Assembly (NCBI GenBank): GCA_023515725.1
Contig: JALDTO010000214.1
Span: forward strand, 62,001 to 126,000
Direction of reading: 5' to 3'
Length of the DNA stretch: 64,000 nt
DNA from: Amoeboaphelidium protococcarum X5
Taxonomy: Eukaryota; Fungi; Aphelidiomycota
Below are positions 42,120 through 56,329 of the stretch, piece by piece. Numbering within the stretch: the first letter of the stretch is position 1; each line of letters starts with the position of its first letter. Below the pieces are notes generated by a model. The model ran no database searches. It was not told the origin of the DNA and was given only the letters and a program-made list of their open reading frames with translations. The translations under genes and the position numbers were made by a program.

Positions 42120-42229
42120 AACTCACTCAAGACAGATGGATAAATTTAATAAGCTTATTTTAAGAGCGATAGATCAAGCCAAAAAAGAAGATACAAGATC
42201 AGGGGAATGACATTCAATTCTACAACTTA

Positions 42230-43018
42230 TCACTTGAAAGATTAGCTGTAAACAATAGGAGCATTATTGGAAAGTTCTTCAATCGCGTCTGTGCATAAAC
42301 TCACCAGCCATTGACGAAGATCAGCGTTAAGTTGAGGATCTGACACTGTATCACTAGTTTAACATCCAGCCTTGACATTATCAAATTACACCTCGATCCG
42401 CTCTTTATAGCCTTCAAAAATTGTGGATACGTTGCTTCCATCCTTATTCAGGAAATTCATTGGAGGATAATTTGCTTTAATAAAATTGCGCAACTAATTT
42501 ATACTTTGATACAACAAGGCCAACTGATGAGCGATGTACTTGTGATTCGGCAGAGTTTGCACATCATGCTTCAGATTATGAGATAGCTACAGGACAGTAT
42601 TTATTAATGTTGATGCCTTTAGGTGCTCTTACAACTCAATCGCTGCATTAACGACATCATCGCTGCCCTTATAATGCTAAGAATCAGGATATAATCTGAG
42701 TATGCTGGTGGGAAACTGCTGATACAATCGACTCTGAGCCACAAAATCTTAAGGACTCAACTTGCACTTGTTCGCCATGTTGCAAATTTGATTCTGAGTC
42801 TCTTAGCTGTACTTGTCATCCTGAAGCGTGAGTTCATACATTGTCAACTGCTTAATTAAACGTTCCACCAGAGGACTGGCAGTATTCAGCGCATTACCAT
42901 TCAGTATAGACTTGGACTCATATAGGGGAGTAAACAACATACTCTTCACCAAAGGTTCAATATTGTCAATACCGCTCAGACAGAACAAGGCTGGCGAATT
43001 TATCAGCGCATTCACCAT
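42230..43018 (-). CDS. Hypothetical protein (262 aa)
   Basis: Clean ATG-to-TGA frame under table 6; helical, contains NHKYIAHQLALLYQ. Confidence 0.65.
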
Positions 43019-43265
43019 TTTATTAAATAAATCTTATACCTATGGTCAGATATCTTCCAAATATAATTATAATGCACAGCGAACGGAATTGTATGAATAT
43101 TATGCCCACAGTGAATGAAGCAACTTGAAACCGCAAAAGGAAGAGCCGCGTTGAGAGCGAGCGCGTTTAAATTATTTCAAGATTTGATCTTTTGTTGTCG
43201 ATGCTAAAAAGGATTAGCTACGGTAGAATTCAAGATTATGAACAGTATTTGGTATATATTTGAAT

Positions 43266-44354
43266 TCAGAGGTATATTTTAATGATGCCATTAGATAGGA
43301 TCATATCTTTGAACGTATCAGCAGATTTAGAAACTTTGTGAATGTACGCCTTCAGACAGTCGTGACAGTACACAACACCAGTCTCTTTCAGCAAAACTTC
43401 ATTCTTGAGCGTGTCTTGCGCGCATATTGGACACTACCTCTTAGGGAACATAGGAGTACTAGGTGGAGGCAGAATTAAACTCTATTTCTGACCCTATTTT
43501 ATCTGTTTATATCCAGTGTCAGTCCACCATTCTGAAAAGTATAGAGCCACGACAGAGAGATTAATTAAAGACCGAGTCCAATCTCGTTTTCCATTTAATT
43601 GTTACTATTACTATTTAGCATGGGAATTAATGTAACGAATACCTGTCAATAAATGACTCAATGACCAATACTTACTCATGCCCACAAAGTATAATAACTT
43701 TACCGCCAAATTACATAATCGCACCACGATACTGATATTGGAATAATGACCTTGTATCAATTTGTAGATAGATCGTTTTGAGCGCAATAACACCAGTTTT
43801 ATAAAATATACCAATTTTTGAAATATTACAGAGTGAGACTACTCTGACAATAGTAACTTCTCTCTAGCACTATACCACGCATCTATCGCTAATCGCCGCT
43901 CATCATAATCTTTCAAGTCTTGCTAATAGCCGTCACACTTAGATACGATATAAGGCATAACAATACTCTGCATGATGTTAATTAACAAGACGCGCCTAAA
44001 GCTATAGCTTTTACGCGATACGCTCCTCTCAATTCCATACAAATGTTCAAGCATCGTGGAATTGTCTTGCAACAACGATCTGCCTTCAACCAATAACTAA
44101 AACACTAAATACAGCTCATCAAACCATAAATTGACTAAAGGTGGAATTTTAAATGGCAGCGATGAAGACGTTGCAGAAGCCATAATTATGTTATTAACGA
44201 CAGTCTTCACCGCCGGTCGCACTAGAGACGTTATGTGTTAATGTGCCATTAAGAGTAGAGGTGACGCCAAATCTGAATCTCCAACATCATCCTCTGATTA
44301 AGAGTCGCCCTGTGTCAGAACTCTATGGTATAACTAATTCAGCAGTGATGTCAT
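43266..44354 (-). CDS. PEX12: Peroxin Pex12 (RING peroxin)
   Basis: SLVRPAV, WFDELY, EHLYGIER, FSEWW, PPPS..P, CPIC...TGVVYCHDC, IKIY C-terminus. Confidence 0.75.
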
Positions 44355-44604
44355 TCTTAATGTACACTATACTATCAATTCTGGAGTAAGCGAAAACTAT
44401 TGCCAGCGATTAAATAACAGACTAGATTAGTTACAATATTAGCCTGTTTCGCTCCTTTCAATCTTGTACTAAGACTTGAGCGAGCGCGATTGTAAGCTTT
44501 TCAGGTGAAAGGAAGCAAAGGAGAAAACATTCGCTGATTGATTGATTGTTTTGAAGGGAAGTGAAAAATTGACTGAATTGGGATTGAGTCAAGATTGTAA
44601 TCCT

Positions 44605-46569
44605 ATGTAGCGGATATATAAATATGCTGGCCTTAGCTTACGTGCACATGGTTGTTAAATGCGGTCGATAAAACTATATGCTACACCCGCTGTAAATTTG
44701 AGAAATGCGCGATAGATTCATCAGTCAAGCACCAGGTACACTGATATAGATTTAGTGAAAAATGGTTAAATCATTGCTAATGCTGGAGATATTAAAGATC
44801 TTGATCAAGAGTCTTTTGTAAAGTAAGTCGAGACTTATAAGATATCTAATGAATACGCGTCTGTAGCGCTGAATCGATTACATTAGCTCACCTTCTCCAA
44901 GAGCATATCAGACAAATATTGCCCTTCATTGGATATTGTTACGCGCGTGTTTAATGATATACCAAAGAAGGATATAGTTTCGTATAATCAGCTATTAGAC
45001 TTTATGGTACTTTATGAAAGACCACATTCTGAATTATTCTCCGTGTTCAAGCGATTGAGGGATGATGGCATGGCTGTTGATAAGAAGACTGTATTCGCTC
45101 TTACCAAGGGCCTGTGTAACTAGTAAAGATTTGATATGGCTACTCAGATATTTGATCTGGTTCATAAGGATTAGAATATTGTCTCAGTTGGTGCAGCAGA
45201 TTATTTGATTAAATCGCTAATAGACAAGGCATCTGATGACTTTGTCAAGCGTGAATTCCGTATGGACCTGAGTAAGAATCCGCATATCATCTCAGCTAAT
45301 CGGATACTGGAATCTGTACTGAAAAGTTAAAATATTAGTCTTGATTTACAGTTACTTCATACTATAATATATGGTCATGCGCGATTACGTGATCCTCAAG
45401 GATGTATCAAATGGTTGAAAATTGCCCACAATTTGGTGTAGAGTTAGTAGATTAAATCGTCGTCCACGCGCAAACATCATCCAGAGTCTGCATTAACTCT
45501 TTTGTATAATTCACTTCTGGATTGTTACCGAATGTCTGGCGATAAGATGGCTATGCTCAACTTGTTGGCGATTATGAAAGAGAGCAAGTAGATGAGGCCT
45601 AACGCGTACTCTTATGGAGTGATTTTGAAGTATTTGGCTCAGTCTCATGATCGCGATGCGAATTTAAACAGTATCACAATGGAGATGCAATCGCTGAAAA
45701 TTAAGCCCACTATAGATTTATACAATGTATTGTTATGGAACTTTGCCATACGTGGACGCGTTGAGAAAGTTGAGGCCTTGATTGAGAGGTTGAAGAGTGA
45801 CGGCCACGAGCCTGATGAGAAGAGCTTTAACTCGCTGATTGTTGCACGGTGTGCTCGGGCTGGTATGAACGGGACGTCTTATAGAGATGTTATTAGAGTT
45901 CTGAGGCAAAGTGACAAGTCGACTAAACATTCAGCTCTCCTGATGAAGAACGCCGAGACTTATTACCAGATGCTTGACAAATCTATGAATCCCGCATCGA
46001 AGAGTTTAAACTATGCTTTACTATCCATGATCAGGTGTAAATAGTTCCAAGATGCTGATAGTTTAATGTATCAGGCCCTCAGTCGTCACGAATAGCATTA
46101 GTTGTCGCGTCATAATGTCAAGTCTTCTGATGACGAACAGATTGCCGATACCAACACTTTAAATATGGCGATACTGCTTCGTTAGCATTAATCGCAGTCT
46201 ATGCAGGTGTATGAACTGTATCAGACTGTGCGATAGCTGATTAAACCTGATGATGGTACGTACTATCTGATTCTGAAATAGCTTCATAACGACAGCAGGC
46301 ACGAAGAAATCGGGAGCGTAATTATGGATATGGTCAACTTGCGGTAGAAGTACGGTCTTTATGGATCAGTTGTTAAAGATGGCTCCGATTTGGATTATAT
46401 TCTCCAGGTGATACGCCGCAAATATCACGCTAAACTGCTTAATCCGGCTCTGGTTGAGGATATTGACTGGCTCAGGAGCGGTAAAGTATTAGCCCAGGAT
46501 AAGTGGAAGCCTCCTGGTGAAGCATCTGACAGTGATTAATAGTCTTTAATCAGTTCTCCTAAAAGATGA
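44605..46569 (+). CDS. Mitochondrial pentatricopeptide repeat protein
   Basis: Basic presequence; PPR motifs PNAYSYGVIL, PTIDLYNVLL, PDEKSFNSLI, PDDGTYYLIL. Confidence 0.85.
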
Positions 46570-46655
46570 TGTTTTATACAGTATATACATTATAGACTTG
46601 AAAAATAGAATAATACTAATTTATAAATGCTATTCATCAATCAAAATTACAAATT

Positions 46656-47189
46656 TCATTTCTTGGATTTAGGAAGCTGAGGTCCTATGAGAGGTTTGTC
46701 GTTGTGTAAATGTCCATCTAAGCCTTATTGTAATTAAACTGCTATCGCTGTCTTTGTAGTAATGCTAATCGATTCTGTAGTACCATCCCAGAGCACAGGC
46801 TTTCTTTTATGCGCGTTACTATGACCATCACTAGAATTCATAGGGATTTGGGTAGAAGATGATTGAGATTATGCAGCAAATTTATCATTGCTATCACCAG
46901 ATTAAAGATGAGATAGAAATTGATGCACCTACGTGCCATCATCAAGCAAATTGCTAGACCGCCCACCTCGCCTATCCAGTTCAATCTTCTTTTACTATGC
47001 CCATTTAGGATCGAGAAGTTCTATTCTAAGATGCTTATTAAATTCAGATTCTTTAATGTTTTATTAGCAGTTTGGACATTTCACAAAGATGATGCGTTAA
47101 CTCGCATTAGTATCTTTCGATTTCCGATCACTCTATAGCGGTCCAGCATTTTTCTTAGCCTTTGGCACGTATTTTTACTTGATCTTCAT
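46656..47189 (-). CDS. Short SF3A1/Prp21-like protein lacking SURP domains
   Basis: MKIKQKYVPK...KCPNCQQNI...HLRIELLDPKW.QQK...VLWDG; only 177 aa. Confidence 0.7.
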
Positions 47190-47573
47190 AGTTCTATCTT
47201 ATTTGAGTAATAAATCCCAAGTATTTGATATGGCTAAAAGTCGCGACTCAAAATATCATCCTCTGCCAGGAAAGATGAGGAGAAAAGGCGCGTGGCGTTT
47301 TTAACTGAAAGATGCATAAGAAGGAAGCTTTACGGTAATCTACTGTACATGCTGAAATAGAATATGATCGTAGCAAAATTGATCATGTCTCGTGAGTGCT
47401 ATAATTCAAAGATCTTAAATTGCTAAAATCACAAGAAAGAAATGGTACAAGTTTCAATATTATTATTCATTGCGACAAGTCCTCCTTACAATGACGAATC
47501 ATCATCATGGTGAAACGACCGCGCCCAAGTCGGTGAGTCAAAACGCAGATTCAACCAAGATCAGCGAAATCTC

Positions 47574-48914
47574 ATGTTAAGAGTCGGCTCTGTGACGCAA
47601 CTTGATCTCTCTCGTTACGTTAAGTACGAGCATCTTTTAATCTGGTCGTTATTCTACTCAACCAAACAATTGTGCGATAATAATCAGAAGCGAGTAAGTA
47701 TGACAATTCTCAAAACTAATCTAAATGATCCTCTGCTGTCTACGAGTGATTTTGGTGACAAGCACAAGTATTACAATTTGGTAAAGGCTGCGTATGCACG
47801 CTTGTAACAATACTATGGCGAGTCAGTGGATTGGAAAGTTGAGGGTGATGGTAAGTAGACCAAGATCTATACAGCGCAGTTGAATGATTAGCCTAGTCCG
47901 GCGTTGAATCGTGTTATTAGAGCAGAGATTGATTTGTCTGGATATCAGCTGTCCGCCCTGGATCTGATTTCCACTCTGGTGTATCCATCTGTTAAATGCT
48001 AGTGGGATCCTGTATTTGAAGACTCTAGATTCCATGAGATTCTAAATACTAAATCCGTTCTAGGAACTGCTCTGGTCAAAGGCATCTGGCCCATTACAAG
48101 CCGCGTATTTCCCGGTCTTGCCACAGTGATGTACAATCCACAGTATGGTCCAGATGGTAGTGGAGAATCTACGCTGTGCTTCATATGCTCTGTCGATGAT
48201 TTCCAGTATGGTTCATAGGTGGCTAATACATTGACACCGCAGGAGTTGAGTAAGCGAACGATTGCCACAATCAGACTGGCCAGTTTCTATGTGACTCGTC
48301 TTGGAGATGAGTTGAAACTGAGTATGATGATGCAGATGGATCCCAAAGGTATGGTCTCTTATGTTATGCCACTAGCCACCAAGTTTATACCTCGATCAAT
48401 GATTGATGCAGCAGATTTTGCGGCGAAGAATGGTGGCCCTCCGATGCTTCTCGATTTGTCATGGTCTTCTACTGAGTAGTAATTGTAAGAAGAAGTAGCT
48501 CTATCAAGTATTATTAAATACATTGACTACATCTAGTAAGAAGGATAGTTATTGATAAAGTTTAATCCTGGCCTTAATGGCAAGATGACGTTGATAATTC
48601 GCGTTGAATTCAACTGGGCTTAGAATAGAGAGTCGCTATTCATTAACTCTAATGGCAGAGTTGATAATGATTATGAAGGTGGTCCAATTCAAATTACATT
48701 AAAGAAGGATCAACATAATTGCTTAGTTAAGCTTGATGTCCTGTTGAATGGCGATATGGAAGATGAGTTGCATTTATCCTTGTCCAAGTATGAGAAAGGA
48801 TTGACCAACTTTGCACATCACCTGTAGATCAAAAAGCAGTTCTTTGATCAAGTAACGCCAAAGGTTAATAATAAGACTTTTCAAGATAATTTAGCTTTAC
48901 AATCTGAATAATGA
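47574..48914 (+). CDS. START/SRPBCC lipid-binding domain protein 1 (start may be 47700)
   Basis: KCQWDPVF, KGIWPITSR, MQMDPKG, NGGPP. Confidence 0.8.
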
Positions 48915-49225
48915 AGTTTAGTATAAATAAAGGTTTGAAACATCTTGCTTCTGCAATTGCTCTGGTGTTCTTCTGTATTGAACTGTGGTTTATTAACGTT
49001 TGATGGTTAGCCACTGAGCTCCTCTAAACTAATAGAAAGAATATGAAGACTATCATTATTTCATCGAACACACTTGCCATAAATATAAGTTTAATCCTTC
49101 TAATATAAAAAATACTGTACATCTTTCACTGTTCAATTAGGCGACGCGTTAAAGCCACAGCGACGAGTTTCATCTTTTGTCACTATAGCATTTTATTACA
49201 AATCAGCTATACCTCAGCGATAAAG

Positions 49226-50416
49226 ATGTCAATCTCAGATAGTAATGATGACCGTGTGATTGAAAAGAGTTTACTGGACAGAGCGCAAGCTATATTCTAA
49301 TAGTATATGCAATTGAGACAGGAAATGATGGAGCAGTAGCATGTTCGCATCATTGATGGTGTGGTGAAAGTGTACAAGAAACCTGTTGTTAATCACCCCA
49401 CTGGCATAGTCCTCGGTGTCGCTGAGTATCCTCTGTATAATAGTGCTTTAAAGTCGGATGCTGCAGCGAACACTTCTGATAACAATTGCATACATAACTT
49501 GGAAGATTTTATGGCCATATTCCAATCATCCGGTTGTCGCATGATCTGGGATGAAATGTTCAATGGAGCTGATCTGATTGAAGCCTTCTCTCTCGACTGT
49601 AAAATTGCACTATCCAAATCTAAGGCTGTATGGCCTGTTAGTCCGCGCGATCTGCTGGTAGGCGCTGTATCTCTTCAAGTTCCATCTGATGCAGGTGATG
49701 GTTCTACATCTATTACAGCAGGCTCTAGTAGTTCTCATGGTGTCAACTTAGTCGCAGTCGGTTTCTCTCTACCTGAACAGCAAGATCAATAACCCACCTG
49801 TCCAATAGTGAAGGATGAATGGCGTCAGTTGAAGGCTGATTCTAGACACGTGAGAGCCTGTCTTGATATGGGTGTTATGCATTTGGAAGATTTGAAGAAT
49901 GGGTGCATGCGCGTCTCCTATATGATCTAAACTAATCCTAATGGTAGCATTCCCTCCTGGATTATGGATACCGTGAGCTCTTCGTTTCCGATTTCAGTGA
50001 GCAATATTGCTTCATACTATCATAAATACGGATTCCCGCCGTATGTCAAAAGTACGGGTAGCGGATTGAAAGTTCTGACTATGGAGTATGTTCATAGCAC
50101 CAACGTCTTTGAGTGCAGTTTCAAAGTGTTATTGGCTGACAATTGCTGGTTTACTTTACGCGTTGATTGTGTCAAATACGCGCCATAATCTACAATTGAC
50201 ATTAAGGTATCAGGTAATCCTCATACTTGTCAGATTGTCCGCACTGACAAGGTTGGTAAAGAGCTTACAGTCACTTTTGATGATGGTATCAACACTGGCG
50301 ATACCGTGAAAATTCATGTATCACCACCTCCTGTCACAAATAAGAGTAATCTGGAATCATCAATGCAATCTACTACTATAATGGTTAATGGTAAAGAGAT
50401 ACAGGCATAAGATTGA
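49226..50416 (+). CDS. START/SRPBCC lipid-binding domain protein 2
   Basis: CRMIWDEMF, KAVWPVSPRDL, HVRA, IQTNPNGSIPSW, YGFPPY. Confidence 0.85.
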
Positions 50417-50469
50417 GAAAACATAATTGTTCATATCGATTCATATCAATTCAAATAAGTTAAAGATCT

Positions 50470-52830
50470 TCATTTCTTGGTGGCATTGGTCTTGACTCCA
50501 AGCAGCTAATTGATCTCATTCAAGCGAGTTATCATAGACTCCTCTTGCTGGAGACGGCTTTCCAAATCTTTAATTTCATTCTCAACTGTAGTCTGCGCCT
50601 TGTCATTGTTCAACTCTGTCCACTCCCAGCTCTTATCTTCGCCTTTCAGTGTGAGCAGATACTTGTGATACTTGAACAGTGACGGCTTATGACTTATGGT
50701 GATTAGCGTGATACCAAAGTCTTGCGCTCTTTAATACATGAGGCCCTCGACATCTGTACTAACAGCAGATGTTGCCTCATCAAGAATGGCGAATGGTGGA
50801 CGGTGATAGAACAATCTGGCCAAGTTCATTCTCTGCTTCTCTCCACCACTCAACACATCTTTCCATTCCCTCACAGCATCCCATCCACCTTCACGCTCAG
50901 GCAGATAGTCTAGATGCACAATTTCTAGGATTCTCATCAAATCTTCATCAGTCCTACCAGAAAGCTGCATATTAGTACGATTATGAGGATAGATCACCTG
51001 ATCTCTCAAAGAGCCAATCGACAAGTACGGCCTCTGGGGGATCGCTACAACATCTACATCAAGTGGTCGGTTCAGTTTTCCTTTAAACACTGGCCATAAG
51101 CCGCAAATAACTCTCATCACTGCACTCTTACCAACACCATTCGATCCACTGATCATCAAGTGCATACCTGGCCAGATGTCGAAATTAACATTCTTAACTA
51201 ACAGATCCCCAGAAGGAGTAACAACTGGCACCTACTACAACGAGACGCCATTGTAACCCAACTCAACCGTACCTTCAATGCGATCAATAAAAAACTTTTC
51301 TTCATCTTGTAGAGTACCATTTTCCAAAGAAGATAGTAATGAGGCATTAAGAGCCTTCTTCTAATATCTTTACACTTTCAAGTCATTCAAAACAGTCATC
51401 AGTTCATATACACGGCTAGTAAAGCCAGCAAGTTCAGCCATTTCCTTATAAGAGTACATTATTCTACCACCTGCATCTGCAAGAGATATCATCAAGCGCT
51501 TGTTGGTAATAAAGCCCTACGTCCTAGAGCCATGACTACTATTAGAAGCATCTCCACTAACAGCTATACCGGCCAGAGAAGGGAAGAACACGGGCACAGA
51601 GCAGATTAAAAGTCCCACGGCACTCCATGCGTATTTAATTATAAAATCTTCAAACATGTTGTAGAATATTCTGATTCTGAAGATACGATTGACGTGACGA
51701 ATCAAAGTCTTATAAGTCTTGTCCAAGATGCCATGTTCCCTCTTGCCTCCATCATAAAAAGCAATTTCCTCGGCATTAGTAATCAATCGACCATGAGCTC
51801 CTCTAAAGTCTCCTTCCAACTTGGCTTCCACAGCAGCCAATTTACCAAATCCAGGAGTAGCCTTTCTCAGCAACCACGCCGTAAACTGGTAGTTGACAAA
51901 TATGAACGCCATACCAACAGAGCCAATCGATCTGTTTAGCTGATAAGTAAAGATGGCAGTGTCCAGGATAGGCTTGGCAAGATTAGAGTACAGCGAAGCA
52001 AGAGCATCACAAAACCGGGCGACATCATTACAAATCAGCTAGTCAGGACCAGTAATACGATTATCCAAATTGAGTAACTTGTAGTATATTAAATCCTCAA
52101 AGTACAAATTGTGGAAATAGGTGGTCAGTCGAGTTCTGAAAGCAATAGCCATCTTGCTCTACAAATAACGAATCATGGAGTTGGTGTATGTAGCAGGCAC
52201 AGCGATGGCAAACCAATAGCCAAGTCCTACTAGGAACTGCTTTCCATTTCCAGACACAATATCCTTTACAATTCTACCATCGATATTAGCAACAACGACA
52301 CTGAGCCAAGTTCTCAACACCAGGAACAGTCCTTATACGGCAATAAAAGCAGCCTCTTTAGATCTCCAACGGGGAACGATAATCTTTAAAAGAAGCTGCA
52401 ACTTACGATAAAACTATTTATCAACAGACTACTTCTTCTTTTTGGTCATCTTTTCAACTTGAGCAGCTTTATTCAAATTATCCATGCTCTCCTCTGCAGC
52501 CACCGGATCATCCTCGTTCTGAGTCAGCTTAGAGGGATCGACAACCAACTGGGCATCCTCTTAATACTCCATCAACTCTGCAGCATTCAGGTGATGAGCA
52601 AAACTTTCCAAACGTTTCCTTCTCTCACTATAAAATCCAGTCTTCTCATACCTACTCTTGATATAACGATATATCCAAGGACTAGAAAGAAGAACAACCA
52701 ACAGAGCAAAGTTCTTCTTTCTATTCTACCGGATGGAGGCAAGAAACGCAGCATATGATGGTGGGCCAGCCGGTTATGAAGCAGCTGTAGCTCTCAGAAA
52801 AGACTATATAACTTGAGGTAATTCATTCAT
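50470..52830 (-). CDS. Peroxisomal long-chain fatty acid ABC half-transporter (ABCD/Pxa family)
   Basis: EAA-like [57 protein letters not shown]. Confidence 0.93.
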
Positions 52831-53046
52831 AGTCTTGACAATTTGATATACAGTAATAGTTTAAGTGAACGGAATTCAGCAAGCCGAGACTCGAGATGCT
52901 GTACCATAAGAAAAGAGAGAACGATTGTAGAAATCCAAAATGTGTGACGAAGAACGAAACGAGAGATCGGGTGAATCGACAATCGAGAAAATTCAACATC
53001 TCACTGACTCTCTGAGACTAAACGTTCATTAAATATTAATGCAGGA

Positions 53047-53991
53047 TCATTTTTGTGCGTTGAAACGCGTCATATTATCGCACAGTGTCTGTAGTTACTC
53101 CGAGATGGTGTTATCATTATCAACGCTTGTCGCCTTATCAACACCAAACTCTCCAATAGATTTCAGCAAACCTGCATCCAAGTTCTCTTCAATCCACTTC
53201 AGACACGCGTCACTATGCGTCATAAGAGTCCATATGTGTATGACCTTCACCAATAACGGTTTTAACACCTTTGACTTTGCATTATCACCGTTACAAACTG
53301 AGAGGCAATTTTACACCAGGTTCAAAAGTAACTGATTCCCGCCGCTCAGACTATACAGCTCTTGTCCCTCTGCATTATTGCTCAGCATACTGGACACAAA
53401 GAACAGGTACTTCTTCAAAACTGAAAACTCCTCATCTTTCAGTTCTCCGACCAATTAAGGTTATAGTAGTTAATAAGAGTGAACTAAAGCTGTCAATCGA
53501 GGCAGAATATTGTCAATCAGAAACTTCTTCTTGATAGAAAATTCATTGCTGCACAGACACCCAAAAGTCCAAACGACATACGCCAGAAATTCTTAATTGC
53601 TCTCTTGTAAACAGTCAAGTAGCTTCAAGTGCAGACCAGCTTTGACAAAGTTCTTTGCATTGTCAACAGACTCTGCCATCTCTTGCAGGTTTGCACACGC
53701 GTCAACGCGCGCATTCATAGACTTGGAGCTATCGATCACCGTGTCCAAGTACTCTTTCATTTAAACAAAGCTAGACTTGCCCATCAGAATCTCGACCCAC
53801 TTGGTGTCTAACTATGGACGCGGCGTTGGGTAGCGATTAATCTCCTGTCCACTCTACTGCTACTGTCTTGACGCAGGATCGTCATCACGGCCCAGTTACT
53901 AAATAGCAGTGCTCCACTACAGCAATTAAGTCATGTCCAACTTTCTATGACTCAGCGATTCCCACTCTTACTCAGCTTCCACTCTATCCAT
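53047..53991 (-). CDS. FES1: Hsp70 nucleotide exchange factor Fes1/HspBP1
   Basis: QLLQWS, LDTKWVEILMG, MKE, NLQEMAESVDNAKNF..GL, followed by ARM-like repeats. Confidence 0.8.
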
Positions 53992-54242
53992 ATGCTATTC
54001 GATAATATTTGATGGGATTTGATTAACGCGAAAGAAGTAGAATCTCTTGAAATTTATACTTGATCTGAATTTCTAAATGAATGGGAAAACTGGGTGAAAA
54101 GTAAAGAATCGCGATCAATGATCAAAGGCGCATTGTTTGACGTACCGTTTCAGTTTAGATTGATCATTTAAAAATCATCACTTTTTATCTCTCTTTCAAC
54201 AATTGAAATTTAATTTATCTTCACACTGATAGCAGGTCAAGT

Positions 54243-54611
54243 ATGATGGAAAGAGAAGAAGTTAGTAACGAGGTGGAAGAATTCTCAAATATTGGTGAAG
54301 TGGAGATTAAGGAGCAGGATAGATTGTTGCCAATTGCTAACATTATCAGATTGATGAAACAGGCACTGCCTCAGACGGGAAAGATATCAAAAGATGCCAA
54401 AGACACCGTTTCAGAATGTGTTTCAGAATTCATAATGTTCGTCACTAGCGAGGCTGCTGATCGTTGCGTGCAAGAAAAGAGAAAGACTATCAACGGAGAA
54501 GATTTGCTGTGGGCCATGTAGACTCTTGGATTTGAATTCTACGTTGAGCCACTTAAAGTGTATCTATCCAAGATCAGGGAAGCTCAAAGATCTACCAACG
54601 TTAGAGAATGA
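54243..54611 (+). CDS. HAP3: CCAAT-binding factor subunit NF-YB/Hap3
   Basis: [45 protein letters not shown](Q)TLGF. Confidence 0.93.
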
Positions 54612-54772
54612 ATGACTTTAAGATTTATGTATTTGTTTTACTTTACAGCGTCGTAATCAGACTTTTCATAGCCGCTCGAGTCTTTTCTCACAAAACTTTA
54701 AAGAACGTCCTTCCCTTATATAATCGTGCGTCCTTTTATTTATCACTGAACTGACTGGTAAAGCTAGATAAA

Positions 54773-55627
54773 ATGAATTAAAACCAAAAGGGTGGAATAT
54801 TCGCAGAAAAAGTTGGAAAGTTACTGGAGAGTTACAAGCCATCGACTGAAGAGAAGGAGTAGCTGTAAAAGTTGGCCAGAAATGTTGCATTGTGGGGATT
54901 TGGTGGTACGTTGACCGGGTTTGCCGCAATACTATTCTTGACTAGACAGCCTAAATTCATGAAATTAAATCCACTTGTAAGACTCGGTACTTTAGTTACA
55001 GTGCCAACGGTGGCTACCAGTTTCGCGATTACCTACTCAACTAACAAGAATCTGGACAAGTTTTTGCATATGCCACGGGAGTAGAGTCGTCTGGCGTATG
55101 AGTTTAGGAAGATTGTTGATCAGACGCGGCGTGAAGGTGGATTTGTGCCGTATCGGTTCAGAGGTGTTACCTTTGAAGGCGATAGTTTTGCAGATGAGAC
55201 TAATGCCAGTGAATATGATATTATTGGTTAGGAAATGGCTTAATTTGACAAATATAGTGATGGAGATGAGCTGAGAGATCAAGAGAATGATTACAGTCGT
55301 GCTAACAATACACGTTCATAATAGAATAAAAGCAGCTTTGGCCAACCTAGCGGGAGAAGTAAATGGGACGAGATAAGAAGACAGGCGTAATAGCAATCAA
55401 ATGGTCAAGATTAGTTTTAAACTGCTGATGGTGATGAAGATTAAGAGACCAAGGGGCGATTGCAGGATTTGTTTGGAGTTTCCTCTTAGAGAATTGAAAA
55501 TGATCAAGAAGTTGGCGGATAGTCTAAAAGTGGCTCGCGTAAAGTCAAGTCCTAATAGCAGTAGGATTCTTTAGATAGAAACATCAAGCGTAATAAATAC
55601 GGCGATCCTATCATCGAGGAATAGTGA
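54773..55627 (+). CDS. Membrane protein, OCIA-domain-like
   Basis: Two hydrophobic helices, then SKWDEIRR and C-terminal KRNKYGD motif reminiscent of OCIAD1. Confidence 0.5.
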
Positions 55628-55870
55628 TAATCTTTTATTTTACAAAAGTTCCTTAAATAGCAGATAAGTTTTGTCTAATAGTAATTGATTGTAATGGGTA
55701 TTTTCTTCCATTGAAACTAATAGGTTGGGGTCAAGGGTCATGTTTGTGACTTACGAGTTTAACGTCCGATCACCGGGGGGTTGAAACTATTTCAGGCCTG
55801 CGTGATTACAATCGTCGAAAATGAAGCGCCACAATCTTTACTTCGTCGAAATCGAGATAAAGTTACAAAC

Positions 55871-56241
55871 ATGCCTAAAGTCGTGCGCTTTGATGAGAAT
55901 GTGAGAATCAATTTCATAACTCACGATGCTACTCATCGATCGAGTCTGAAATAATCTTCCTCTTCTGTTTCAAAAGCAAGCACTGTATAAAATTATGGAT
56001 GTCTCATTGCTGCAGGAGAAGATTACGATGCTATAAGCTGAATTGGAAGCAGAAAAACACCAGAATCAGCTCTATCTATAAAGGAATTATTGATAATAAA
56101 AATGTTCAAATTGCGTCTCTAAAGCAGTACACGTCGACAATGGAGTCGCGTCTCAAAGCTGTCCAATAATGTGAAGATATTGCAAGTCCTCAATCCATTG
56201 CGTCTAAGCCTATAAGCTTAGATACAGAATTCAAGGAATGA
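55871..56241 (+). pseudogene. Frameshifted small coiled-coil ORF remnant next to the Fanzor2 3' end
   Basis: MPKVVRFDENV start; heptad-like segments continue across two frame changes. Confidence 0.3.
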
Positions 56242-56329
56242 GATAATTATGTACGAGGTTGTTCGCGACGATGATTAAGCATTAGGCTATAGTGAATCGG
56301 TTTAGGAGAATAGAAAAATATATATTCTA

